Below are positions 9,798 through 23,289 of a stretch of 64,000 nt of DNA, in pieces (the stretch's first letter is position 1; each line of letters begins with the position of its first letter). The stretch covers positions 124,001 through 188,000 of the forward strand of contig JBEWZL010000066.1 of the NCBI GenBank assembly GCA_045837725.1. Reading direction: 5' to 3'. The position numbers and the translations under genes were made by a program. Source of the DNA: Vermamoeba vermiformis (Eukaryota). The notes beneath the pieces are model-generated. The model was not told where the DNA came from and ran no database searches. It saw only the letters and a list, made by a program, of their open reading frames with translations.

Positions 9798-12700
9798 ATG
9801 AAGCGCGTATCTATCATTATGTAAGATATTATATGATCTGCCTATCTTTATCCTTAAATTGGGACTAATTCAAAATTTCAGATTTGCTTGCAATAATAGC
9901 CTTATTGTTTTGCAATAGCATCGAAACCAGGTAAAATATAATACATACAAAAAAATCGTATTTAAAAAGCCTCGTAATGAAAAGACGATAAATAGGAGTA
10001 AATTTGTATTATTAATTCAAAAAAACTTTCAGGACGCCTTTACCACCGTCTTCATGGGACGTTTTAGCTCCATTCCCTGCAGGTAAATTTAATATTAAAT
10101 ACTAGTAATTATAATAGCGTTATTAATATTGCTGGTATTAGGCACTCGCGAGACAGGTGCTGATCCTCTTAATGCTTACGGAGGAATTTTCAAAATTAAA
10201 CGCGCTGATCCAAGCGCTAGTTATCCTTCAGACCTTGTTAACGGCGGAGTGTAAGTACTAAAAAAACAATATTAATATTTGACAGATCGAGCACGAAATT
10301 TCTAAAATTTCTGTAACAGGGTGACTTGGACTAAAGCAACGCCAGATAACAATGGCAATGTAAATATAGGATTTAATTCATCGTACGTCAATTGGAACCT
10401 GATTGAAGGCTGGGCTGGTCTCGCTGGTGCTCAATTCAAAGGCTGGGCCATTGGTGACTTTACAGTCGATACTGCTGGCACGTAAGTTCCTCATTATGAT
10501 GGAATTATGTACTACTACGCAAGTACTACATAAATACATTATACACGATTCAAATGAAGTCGTTGTTAATGTAACTTTTCATCAGCTACATCGTGTTCTG
10601 CAAAGGCGTCGATAATTTCTACGTTGATGACGTGCATTTGCGTGGCGATGTCTATGGATTAGGCTACGGTATTTGGGCTGTCAAATTGACTACTGGCACG
10701 CACAGTTTCTACGTGCCATTTGGTGGTATGGAGGGCACTTCGTTCAACTGCAACTTCACTAGCAGACCTAACCCTGGCTCAAATATTATGGTCAAAGAGA
10801 ATTACTACGAGACTCAATTGTCTCCTAATGTCGGTAAGCCCTAGCCTTCATACCTCTCATGAAATAAGCTCGATGAAGTGGTCATGTTGCACGCACTAAC
10901 GTGTTTATTTACAGTGTTGTACAATGGTCAATCAATCTTGGCCAGTCCATTCTTTGCTATTAATGTGCTCAACATGGACACTCAAAACTCGTTGGCTAAC
11001 ATCGCCGTGTCAACTTCGACTCCTGGTTTCAAAGTGCAGCTCCAAGAGTACCCGACACTCGCACCTGGTCAAGCTTGTAAGTACCACGATAGTAGTACTG
11101 CGATAAACAGTCTCACATTAATCTCTTCTTGCAGCACAAGTCGTGATTCGTGTCGCCATGTCCTCGTCAGTTCAATGCACGAATGTGACCTCAGGCAACA
11201 GCTGGATGTTGCTTACTAACGTCACCTTCACTGTCACTGCCAACGGCTCTTCGCCTGTATCTACGACATACTCGTTGGAATGCCGCACGTGGAATTTGGC
11301 TTACAGATTTACCTTCCTTGACGGGGATCAGGTACGCACGACTATAATTTTTTTTAGCTCTATATTAATGTTAACCGTAATGCTTAGTCCGTGCAATACG
11401 CTGTTGCAAGACCACCAATCTACGGCTGCACTCGTTTCGCTAACAATGCATGCCCGATTTTGTTTTCACTCCATGGTGCTGGTGTAGACGCGGATGGTGG
11501 GCCGTGGCTCGGTTCATACATGCAACAAAACTACTCGTGGACCTTGCTGCCAACTAACCGTGGCATCTACGGCTTTGATTGGCAAGGTGCAGGTCGTATC
11601 AATGCGTTGAAGGCACGTGATTACCTTGCGCAAGCGTTGCCAGGTGTGCCTGCTGATTTGCAAAGCACTTATCGCGTGGATTCTACGAAGATCATTTACG
11701 CTGGTCACTCGATGGGCGGTCACGGCTGTTGGGTGCAATCGACCCATTATCCTGATCGTGCTCTTGCCGTAGTCCCTGCCGCTGGATGGTAAAGCCTAAT
11801 TGAGAGTATTAGCGCAGCTATCTAACGTAACACTAGGATCAAAATGCAAATGTACATCCCTTCGTTCTTGAACCTCGGTGGCGCGTTAGCTTCTCCGTAC
11901 TTAAACTACATCTTGGAAGCTTCGATCTCAGAGTACAACACTGACTTCTATTCGAGACACTTGGTGGGCATTCCTCTCATGGTCAGAATGGGTTCTGATG
12001 GTAAGCCAATCAAACAATCTAATCTCCAAATAGCCATCTAACACGAGCAACAGATGACAATGTGCCTCCTTACCACTTGAGACGAATGGTACGTACAGTT
12101 GTTAGTTAATATGAGCGCGTTCTAATGGAATGTAGGCACGAATTGTTGATGAAATGAGCGGCAATCCCAACACCGTGAAGATCAGTGAAGTTCCGGGCCA
12201 AGGTCACTGGTGGTGGGGCATCACTGACGATGATGTCATGCAAGACTTCTTCGACCGTGCTGCCGTGAGTTCATTGCCTGCCTTGCCCAATGAATTCATT
12301 GCCACGACTCTTAACCCCGTCTCGTCCGAATGTACGTGCCACCTGCCCTTAAATTTGTCTTACATTACTGATTTTATCCTTAGCTCGTGGTGGAATTCAA
12401 ATCCTGCAATTACATCTCCCGTATCGCGCTGGATTTGTCCACGTTACTCGCAACGTTAAGCAAGGCCAAAAGATCTGGAGACTCCGCACAGAGAACATTC
12501 GAAGATTGGGATTCATATATTTTAAGGACTTGGAACAGCCTACAGATGGTACGCTATATGAGCATTTGTATATTCACGATCTAATTTATCCCTTCAGGTT
12601 TCTATTTGGACAACCAATTCTTCTCATGGTCCGGAACAACCCCGCCATATCATTACTACAAGTCTGGTGGCTCGTGGAAGGTCTCTTCAAGCTATGATTG

Positions 12701-13633
12701 GTTGAACACGGAACGATCCGCGAAGAACTACGGTAAAAATATTGATTTTATTTGAATTTTTTCGTACTTACACGAGCGGATCTAGGTCCTTTGGCTCAAG
12801 TTCTGGAAGGTCCTATAACAGTAGTATATGGAACACAAGTATGTTCTTGGCATTGTAATCCCAATGTAATTAAGTATTAATCATAATCCATCAGGGTGGT
12901 TCATCCAGCGCGCAGAAAAATCTCCGCCACAGCGTGTACTTGTCATCCCAAATGTATTACCAAGGTACACTTTAATAATCCAGGATATAATCCATAATTC
13001 ATTTACTGACCATCTGGAAGGTCTATTCAAGTTCAATATCGTCAGCGATGTGAATTTCTCGTACAATTCGACGATGAAAACGAACTTGATTCTGATTGGC
13101 GGACCCGATGTAAATAGAGTTACAGCGCAATTGGCAGCTCTGGGAAAGCTTCCAGGTAAGAATTAGTATTAATTTTATTAACTTATTATGGTAATTGTAA
13201 TTAAATTTTAATTTAAAGTGACCTTCAACGGCAAATCGTTCAGGATCCACGATCGAGTATTCAACGAAGAAGGCGTGGGCATCGCGTTCCTCGCACCGTT
13301 AGACAACGGTATAGCTGCAGTATTTGCTGGAAATGACGATGTAGGCATTGAGCGCGCTACGGTAAGTTACTGCATCAATTTCTTTTGACGAATAATTCCG
13401 TTGCTAATGCAAGATTGTCCGCAGGGCCTGTTCCCCACTAAGTCAGAAATTACGACCCCTGACTACGCTGTAGTTGGCCGAGAGTGGAGTAAGTACTTAA
13501 ATAACACGTAATAGTGAGTTCCATACTAACAGATCCGCTAGCTTACCAAGGAGCTGCTGGATTCCTTGCCGCGGGCTTTTGGGACAACGAATGGAAGTAC
13601 AACAAGGAAATAGGTTACATCAGGTCGTATTAG
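9798..13633 (+). CDS. Large secreted alpha/beta hydrolase (peptidase S9/esterase-like)
   Basis: Signal peptide split over the first exons; LFSLHGAGVD, nucleophile elbow AGHSMGGHG, GSDDDNVP (acid), VPGQGHWW (His); ends GFWDNEWKYNKEIGYIRSY*; roughly 20 exons. Confidence 0.85.
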
Positions 13634-13874
13634 ACTCGATTTGGTGGATTAGAAATGCATTCCTAGAACTTGCCAGCAATGTTTGCAAGTATTTTTCGGG
13701 GGATCGAAAACGAGATAAAAAGTTGTTGCTCGTTTCTGATTGGTCGGTTTATTTTTAACTCGTGCCCTTGTTTGGGCAAAAACATGCAACGAGTTAAATA
13801 CATATTTATTTATACCTACTCACTACCACATTAGCCTATTTATTTTGGCCGACTGAAGTACCTTAATTTCAAAC

Positions 13875-15033
13875 ATGGTTGAGAAACACAAGATCGTACT
13901 GCTCGGCGACGGAGGTGTGGGCAAATCCTGCATTACTATTCAAGTAAGTAGCTCTCGGATATTTATGAAATATGTTGAATAGTATAATCTCTGGCGAGGG
14001 TGCCAAGCTTACGAGTTGTTTTTTTGTACCGAATCTGCTCACCGGAGCGTGGCGCGTATTAGTACTCTTAACCTTGCTCCGCAACAACTAACGCTTTATT
14101 CTTACAGTTTTGCTTGAAACAATTCATGCCTGACTATGACCCAACGTAAGTCCTAGTGATTTCAAATATGAAATTAAGTAAAATTAATTTTTATTCGTTT
14201 CGTAGGATCGGTACGTTTGATGAAATACATCAACTCATGCAGGACAACGTCTTATATAACAATGTTAAACAGAGAACATCTATCGCAAGCCATTGACTAT
14301 TGATGGTAGAATCACCATGCTTGAAATCTTGGATACTGCCGGTACGTTTTTTGAAATCTCGAAAACCTTATGCTGAAACCTTTATTACTTGCATCCTTTG
14401 TGCTCTCATATCGTATATAATATTATTTTGAGCATAACGATACTAACGTACGGATTTACAGGCCAGGAAGAGTTTCGCGCCATGACCGATCAATACCTCG
14501 TTGCTGGCGAAGGCTTCATCTTAGTATTTAGCGTTACCGAGAAGAAAACCTTGCAATGTAAGTCACTTGATATTTTTTATTAGAAGATTTTTCGAACAAA
14601 TGTTTATTCCTTTTCTAGTGCTGACCGAGTTTCGGGATGCGATCTTGCAAGTTAAAGACAAGGAAGCTTTCCCTATCGTCCTGGTTGGAAATAAGATTGA
14701 TTTGAACCGCGAAGTATCGACTGCTGTACGTCCTGAAATTAACATTACCCCGTAAAGACCTGCAACTAAAACCACTGGATTTAGGAAGGACAAGCTATTG
14801 CGAAGAGCTGGAACGTTCCTTACGTCGAGACCTCCGCTAAAGACGGCCTTGGTGTTGAAGACGCCTTCATGACTTTGCTTAAAGGTAAGTTAAGACCACA
14901 TCTGAAATTTTGTACCAGATTTCGTGTTCGAAGAATGTGTTCGCTGATAGATTTGTTTATTACAGAAATTCGAAACTGTCAACCTAAGCAACCCGTTAAA
15001 GCAGCTCGTAGAAGAGGTTGCACCCTGCTTTAA
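13875..15033 (+). CDS. Ras-family small GTPase with CaaX box
   Basis: KIVLLGDGGVGKS, DYDPTIE, LDTAGQEEF, LVGNKID, ETSAK, C-terminal RRRGCTLL*; requires a 5-nt microexon at 14206-14210. Confidence 0.95.
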
Positions 15034-15245
15034 ACTGCTGGGCTCGATCGGTTAATCATTTAACGGATGTTTCCGAACTGTAAAAACTTCAACAAAAATC
15101 TGTACAATAACGTCATGTAATTTAGATATAAAATGCAACTGTATGATTTTCAATCATTTTAATGGTCATTAATTGAAACAAATCGCGTGATGTTCAAAAT
15201 TGGTGCAATCACATTATTGATACTTTATTATTTCTATAATTAACG

Positions 15246-17453
15246 ATGTTTGAATCACTACCAACGGAGACACTAATAGAAATATTGAAGCAGAACTTGC
15301 ATTTTGCGGATTTAGTGTCCGTAGCGAGTTCTAGCTCTAGCTTGCATAGAAAATTAAGAAAATATATGACAAAGAAGATAATAGGATTTTTCAATGGATA
15401 TAACCCCGAGTCATCGCATTCTATCAAATATTTTGCATTTTTTTGCTCAGATGGATCTTTTTTTCATGGCGAAGATGATTGGTCGTGCGAAGAGCGAAGG
15501 TAAAATTTACATAAATATTTTTAAATAATAATAATACACTTTTCATATGAATAATGCTCAATCGAAATTGAAAAATACTTATTGTTTATTTGCGTACGAC
15601 GCCTGTCACGCATAATTAAGTCTAAAATAATTTATTTTCTATTAACAGGAATTCATATACTATGGGATTATTGTCATTATCAGAAACAATCGAGTTATTT
15701 AATGAAGCCGAATCGATAATGCATTTGCCATTTGACAAACTCACCAAATCGTATGAAAAGATGTTTGATAAATCATTAGAAGAGGTAAATATAAAAATCT
15801 TAGTATTAATTCATTTTAATAAATGATTTGGATCCGGATCTAATTTTGGATTTGTAGGGTGTCAACAATAATGCTGCAGAATCGAATGATTTCGATGAAA
15901 ATTTTGATCCCGATGATTATGATATGGACAAAGACTTAAATGAAGACAATAGATCAATTGAATATAACAACGAAGATGAAATTGAAAGTACATCCGGAAC
16001 TTCAGTGTCATTTTATTACAACCATAATCATTCTCCTCGATACCAATATAAGATTTATAATTCTTCTGAGCTATTATTACCAAAAGAGGAAATACTTCGC
16101 ATGAAAATGATCAAGAAGATTACTATGAATAATGACGCCGTGAAACAACTGCGATCCAAAACTGAAACTTATTTTGACAAGAAATCACCAATGGGAGCAT
16201 TCTTTGAATACGTAAGCACTTTCTTAATATAGCATCACTTGCCTTATTTAGTAATCGTTAACTTTTAGTACGGAACAATCATTCAAATGACAGGCACAAG
16301 GCCCGTTTATCGAATTTCAATCTCGCCGCACGGTAATGCGAAAATTAATTATTATTTTTATTATTTTTATTTATTTAATTATTAATAGGACTGTTTTGTG
16401 GTGATTATGAGTGCGGTCATCCAATGGGCATTGATTCAACGAGCTTTGTAGCGCAATTAAACGTCAAATCGGTGATAAAATTCTTCAAAGGTACTATATT
16501 AAAGCATTATAGTATCATAGTATTGCGATGTACTGATTTTTTATGTCAGATCTGAGGCCGGTTCTATTGCCTTACAAAGACGGCAAAATCTCGATTTCAC
16601 ACAAAGAAACTGACCGAGACTTCATCGTATTTCACGCGCTATATCCTAAAATGGAAAGATTTGCATTGACAGCGTAAGTCAGTCATTTCTATTAACACCA
16701 TATTAACCTAATTTTGTCACAGAACGGAACTACATCCGCACTTGAACATTACTTCCATGACGAACATTAAGGCCTTATTGTATAATCTGTACGAAAATAT
16801 CATTTTCTATTATTATTGATACTAATGATTGGATAGAATGAAAAGGAGGCCCGAACAAGAATGGATGTGGAGTTTGCAATCAACACCTGCACCTGAGCAT
16901 ATTAATTTTAAGTTCCATATTATATCAGATATATTAATATCTCAGTACGAATACTCGCCGATATTAAAAATGGATGTAGAAGCCATGTAAGTTCATGAAA
17001 TATTATTGCTGGATCCGCTCACTTTACGCAACTTTTTTATAATAGGCGGTTTGTCGTATCATCTGAATATTCGAAAGAAATGTTACTAATATTGGAGTTG
17101 CAACAATCATTTGATGAATTTTATGGTACGTATTAGTAGTGCTTTTGAAAGTTGTCGCTAACTTGAGCGGATCCAGCTGACTACGACACTTGGAGAACAA
17201 TACCAGAGCCTGCTTTATCCAACACGCACATATATGTTGGTCTATTCGGCACTCAGGTACTATATTAATATCAATTTTGACAATTGAAGCTAATGATGGC
17301 CTAATTTAGACGACGCAAGTTGAGGGCAGAGTGAAAATTCATCCGGACAGTCCTTCGTTCAAAATCTTCCAACAAAAATTACTCGAATTTAAAGAGACGC
17401 ATAAGAACACTGTTAGAGTGATTGATAGTGATGGGGATGATTACTCATTTTGA
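15246..17453 (+). CDS. F-box protein with uncharacterised C-terminal region
   Basis: N-terminal MFESLPTETLIEILKQNLHFADLVSVA; chain of short GT-AG-bounded exons ending DSDGDDYSF*. Confidence 0.65.
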
Positions 17454-17648
17454 ATGGCGGATCAGTAGTAAAGAAAGTTGAACTTCACCACGTAAGGGCC
17501 GGTCACCATTAAACATACGAAAAACATCGAAAAAAGGTTTTTCTACAAAGCATCGTCTTACCTGACGGCCTTTTTAACCAATAAATTTTGTCACTGAACA
17601 ACATTACCAAACTTTTTAACCAGTGGAATTGGCGAGACAAGTCGAGTC

Positions 17649-19918
17649 TCATGTTTTATCATTGTTAATCATACTTTTCAACGCATTCCACGCGCCAACA
17701 CTTTGCCGCCTCAATCCTTCGGCCACACCACCATCTTTGTCTTTCGTACCTCGCTTCTCTTTTTCTTTCTTTTCTTTTTCTTTCTCTTTTTCTCGTTCTT
17801 TTCGTTCTTTTTCTTCGCGCTCTTTCTTTTCTTTCTCAGCGCGTTCTTTTTCTTTTCGTTCCTTCTCTTCCTTATCCGCTTGTTGTTTTTCCAGTTTTTC
17901 TTTTTGTCTCGGCGACAAGTTTTCTTCAACTGGCTTTCGTTTATCTGGCAAATACTTCATTGTTTGTGCTTTGAGCGCTTTAGCTTGCGACTTAATGTCG
18001 ATAAAATCTGTAAAAAAATATCACGTGTGAGTGACACTTTGACGATCGAATCCAAGGAGCTGTAATGCCCTATAATACTACGTACCTAATATCCAAGCAT
18101 CTCTTGCCGCCTTCGATTCAAATAAGAACGACCAAGTCTTCTCCTTTTTGCCCAATGAAATATCAACGTGCAAGAAGAGTGGCTCTGACACGTGTCATTA
18201 GTCTTATGGTACAAGCGGATGAAAAAACTTACCTTCAGCTCGTACTTCGATATTTACAAGCGGACTGAGAGCGTGCACATTAAATCTAAAGAATTAATTG
18301 TTAATTAAAAAGACGAGGCTTGACACGTGTCACTCGATGGTTTTGACAAACGTACTTGTTATTCTTTTTGCCTTCATATGTTGTCAATGCTAGAACATCG
18401 CAAAATAATATCCAATGGAACAAATGCTTCGTTCTGCATTCAAAAAATAAAGTTAATAATTCTTCGTCAGATCCACTTTTTTGACACCTGTCACGTACTT
18501 AGCCTCGCTCATGTCACCTTCTTTTACAATTTTTCTATGAGGAGCCACCAAGTCCTACATAAGTACTATTAGTTCACGATCGTCATATATGATCCCAAGC
18601 CGCTTGATCGAGCACAAGTGACAGATCCGCAACTTACAAATTTTCCGATGAACCTCTCTTGCAAAGCGAATACTAATTGCGTCTCTTCGTAGTGTTTCTT
18701 TTGCTCGTTGATGTAACTTGCGACTTGAATGACCGCGTTCAACGCCGCAGACAAGTGTTTGAAATCAGGGTGTTTTTTGCGAGTACTTTTTAAGAGTTCC
18801 TTAATAAAGCATTGTTAGCAACATATCATTAAATAGAAATATATTTAAAGTACTTGTAATAGTAACTGGTAGCGCGGGATTCTTTGAATTGGTAAAATTA
18901 AAAAATCGCTCAGGGAATAATTTTCCGATTCCGGCAGCTTATGTTTTTCCTACGATAAATTAGTTACTATATATAGATTACGGCTGAAATTATTGCAATT
19001 ACTTTGAGATATTTTTGAACTTTAGTTTTGTGCTGAATTCGTGCCAGGCAAGTTAAGGCCTCGTTATAATTGTTGACATATTCCGTGTAATATTTCAATG
19101 TGTCAGCCTAAAAATAGTATTAGTATCATATTATGATAATATTACTATGACATTACGTTATCCAAGAAAATATCGGCAATTTTTTGCTCGTCAGTCCAAT
19201 TTGCAAGGCGCTGTTCAATTCCTTCGAGAATTTTTTGATGAATAGTAAGGATATCTTGATTGAATACGTTAGTATATATGGTCAATATATTCATTGGGTC
19301 ATATAATACCTGGTGCAATGGAAAAAATCGTTTTAATCTCCTCATACTTGACAATGGATTTGCCGCTGTTAGTTGCCTCGACCAAAGGTTGCCTCCAAGT
19401 CTTGATTTATGATTAGAATAGGCATATTATGACTATATATGTGTAATATTTACCCAGCAAAGCACTTTTAGTAATTTTACGTAAGTTTGTTCTGTTGAAA
19501 GTATCTCTTTTGCGATCGCTTCACGTTTTCGATTCAATTTCGCTAGAAAATATCATGTTAATATTTTTGATAAGCTCAATAGTTATATCATTGATTTTAC
19601 GTTCATAACGATGATTAAATGAGGTCAAATAAATAAATTAAAAAAATCTCGGTTGGAATTTCAATTTCCCAATGTACTCGCATTATTATCTGTGCCAGTA
19701 TATTCCATAATGAATTTGTAGGATTTTTTAAAGCAAGTAGGTTATTTCCATCAAACAGAACGTCACACTGCGTATTCGATCTCAAGTCGTTACGTAATTA
19801 TAGTATGTAACGTCAAATCAAGCTAAGTATGCCACGAAAAAACATATTTTTAATATTTACCTTGCTCTTCTTTCGAAATTGGTGTATCGGGACTCAAATC
19901 TGATGCTGCGGAGCCCAT
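17649..19918 (-). CDS. RhoGEF (DH-PH) with possible N-myristoylation signal and KE-rich C-terminal coiled coil
   Basis: MGSAAS start; REAIAKEILSTEQTYV, LSDFLILPIQRIPRYQLLLQELLK, HPDF (DH); KIVKEGDM...ILFCDVLAL...ARDAWI (PH); EKEK-rich tail. Confidence 0.9.
17750..17905 (-). repeat. Low-complexity Lys/Glu/Arg-coding tract within the RhoGEF last exon
   Basis: Pyrimidine-rich (TTTC/TTC)n-like run on + strand encoding KEKLEKQQADKEEKERKEKERAEKEKKEREEKERKEREKEKEK on - strand. Confidence 0.8.
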
Positions 19919-20151
19919 TGTGGACTTGTGTTGACGTTAATTTGTTTTTACAACGCAACTTGATTGAAAGATGTTATATGTGTTGCTAAAGAAATAAACA
20001 GTGCCGAAAAAGAAGATCATTCGACCAACAAAATGAGATTTCTGACAAGATCTCAATTCAATCCTTTCTTTTGTTTATTTACATAGTTACGCACTTCTAT
20101 ACATTAGTTATTTTGGTATTGTACATCGGTATTATTCAACACTCCATAGTA

Positions 20152-23100
20152 TTATTTGGGCGTTGGTGTTGTGCTGCCTCCAAGTCCCAAATCTATCGAA
20201 AAGGAAGATCGCAGAGCGTTGGGTGTGATAATAGGAGAGAAGAAGCTAGGGCTTGGCGGTGGCAATGAGAAGCTGCCGCGGCTGTTCGTTAGCCCAGTCA
20301 AGAATGGCAATGGCGAGGGCGAAGGAGAGGGTGAAGGGCAGCCCAGCAAATTGCCTCCTGGGGACATCGGATCTCCAAAGAACTTTGGTGTGAATCCACT
20401 GTTGATACCCGGCAGAACAATATTAAAGGGTGATGAGGGTGCCGGGAGGGTGCTTGGCACGGGAGGGAACTTGAATGCGGAGCCTACTTGGTCGTTGCCA
20501 GCGCTATGAACACGAGGGTTAGCACGCGTAATTTGATCGTCAAAAATAATTGCCAGCCAAAATCTATCTTTCTAAATTCTTTGCAATATGTTTGCAGTAC
20601 TTACTTGGCTGATTCTTTCTTGACTTCGACTTCAGGCAAGTTAACGCTAGGAACACTCATCTTGTTCGCGGATAAGAGTGATTGGTGTTCTTGCATTATT
20701 AGCCTGTTGTACAGAATGGCGCCAATAGGGCAACGCTCGTTGTATTCGCCGAGCATAGTAAGACCCTTTTTAGCCAAAGTTGACTCTTGGAAGTGACGGC
20801 CGACTTGGATGGCGTAAGACAATGCGAGAGCGGTCGAAGGATCAGCAACGAAGAGGCGTTTTTGCTTCTCAAAGCACTCAACCGCCATTAGTACGGCATC
20901 GATGGCCTAGTTAATAAATTAGTTCAACGTACTTGGCAAATAAATTTGAAATCCCAAATATGGTTAATTGTTTCGGGGGATCGGACCAATTATCCGAACG
21001 CTTACCTGAGCTTTGAAACCAAGGTGCGATAATACGATGGCTCTGCAAGCGGACACGATGACGCGGAAAGCATTGAAGGCGTCCAGGTCAAATCGGTCGT
21101 TTTCTTTCATCTGTTCGACGCCGTTGTTGATCGCTTCTTCGGTTTCTTTTAGGTACCGCAACATCGATCTACAAGGATTGGTTAAATGCGCCCGTAGATA
21201 CGATAGGTTAGACATGTTTGACGTACTGTAATTCCATTCCTTCTTTAGATGTGACTAAAACAGGCGCAGAAGGCAGGGAAATAAAAAGATTCGACGGAGT
21301 TTCGCGCAATAGCGGACTACGAAATAATTAGATTACGCTCTAAACATGACGCACTAGGACGTACCTGATCCACACAAAGGCTAGCATAACGCGGTTATCC
21401 AAAGTTTGTCCTTCTTTAGGGATCGACTCCGCTTTGGTTAGCCTTTTAAGACTTGGATTAGCTCCATGGTTCACAAGACTAAGGCTCGGATAAACTTACC
21501 AGTGCAGCCGATCGTCTGATGATTGGCTCATGCCTACAGCCATGGCAATAGTTCTGTGGTAGATCACTGGATGTAGGGCACTGTCATTTTGCAATCGCAA
21601 GAAGTTCCAAGCGTGCAAGAAGAATGCGCGAGCGGCATCGACCTCATCGATGGTGAGCTTGAAGATACCAAGCAATAACAACGTGCTCACGAGCATCGTC
21701 AACTATGATACGAAACACGGTTAGATCGTGTAATGCATTGCGAAATCAGAATTGGCGCACGAGATCTCGAACAGAAACTGAAACAATTTCGCGCTTGTCA
21801 GTCAGAACTGATACTTACCAATTGAGGAACGCCCACACCTTGTGTATTGAACAAGAATTGCTTGACGAGTTGCTCGGTCCTCTCCGCGAATGCTAGAGCT
21901 CGTTCATCGCTGCGCATACAACGGTAACCTGCGAGTGCAAAAAACTATAATTAGTGTCTCATTTCGGAACAATAAATTGATATGATCGCGCGGAACAATT
22001 TCTGGGTGACATCCACGCGAAAAACAAGAATGCACAAGTAATTACAAATCATAAAGATACGACACATATTAAATTAATCGGTAATAATCTTGCGCTGCCA
22101 TTCTATTCATGATTTGTAAAATTTATCGAAATCGCATCTTGAAGTTGGATTCATGAACAAATTAGCGCTAGATTGTACTAGTCGGAACAATTTATAGGCA
22201 TAGATGGAAGTCCTCTTGTCTTTAAGCTATAATGCCCAGAACAATTTAAAAAGCGAGAATCTGCACCAGATTTTGGCGACACAGTGTAAATTTGTGAATC
22301 CGTTCGATAACAATTCAAGAAATAAAATTTAGTCTGACTGCGCGCAATTTGAAATAAAATATAACAACGGCATAAGGGATTAAGATTTACGCTTACCGTG
22401 CATGAAAAGAGCGCAATAGTAGCCCATCTCGATAAATTGAGCGGGATTTGTTAGGCTGTTCGTGGGTCCGGTCGCTACCAAGTCCCAATAATACCACGCT
22501 TTGTGTTCATCCAATGGGTAAACGCTGGCAAAGGGAAATATTCTTCCGAGATCTTCCGTGACACTCGAGAGTAGAACCTTTGCGTCGTTACGATTAAAAG
22601 AGTCCTTTGAATTGCTCGTTTAAATCCTGCAGCGTATTTGTGTTGGAAATATAAGAATATACCTTGAAGTGCGCGGGGATTGTTGCTCCGCTCGTCAGAT
22701 TTCGGCCTTTGGATTCGTTTGTTCCTTTTTCGTCAGCAGCCAATTTGCCAGTATATGCCGTAAATAGGTTTGCAGATACTGCTGCAACATGAGGCGCTGT
22801 ATTAGCCTTTCCTAAAAGTGGGCTGTTCGATTGTGGAATGTGCAAAGGCTCACGCGAATCCACCACTTTCGGCTCGGGTTTCTCTTTCTTTACGCGTCTG
22901 GGTTGTGGTGGGCTTGATTCGTCGCTCGATCCACCCTTCTTCTCGCCCTTGGGCTTAGGTCCGCGCTTCGTTGGCTCTTTGTACACGCATTCTATTCCTC
23001 TCTTTTTACAGTTGCTGCAGATCTTCTGTCCATTGCATCGTCGGTGCAATGCGCGGCAATTGAAGCACGCGTTGGATACATATCGCATTTGAGAGCGGGA

Positions 23101-23289
23101 GAGTGGGTTCTTTGGCTTGCCGAGTTCGTCGTTCGAGTCTGGTTCTTGTTTTACTTGTTTCATGGGAGATTTACTTTCGTATTGATCATTCATAATCGTG
23201 TTAATGCCTGACGATGATGAATGTAAGTGTCCAGGGGCTGGATTATCAATAGCATTTGCTAAGTTCATTAGATGTGTCAGGTCGGTCAT
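20152..23289 (-). CDS. Zn(II)2Cys6 (Gal4-type zinc cluster) transcription factor with helical middle region and Pro/Ser-rich C-terminus
   Basis: ACFNCRALHRRCNGQKICSNCKKRGIECVYKEPTKRGPK; downstream exons splice in frame (VLLSSVTEDLGRIFP..., GYRCMRSDERAL...) to a Pro-rich last exon ending STTPTPK*. Confidence 0.85.

Noticed and set aside
17623-18065. Phe/Ser-rich plus-strand ORFs resembling membrane proteins
   Set aside because: They are antisense shadows of the KE-rich RhoGEF tail.
20156-20509. Gly-rich plus-strand ORF
   Set aside because: Antisense of the Pro/Ser-rich last exon of the zinc-cluster gene.
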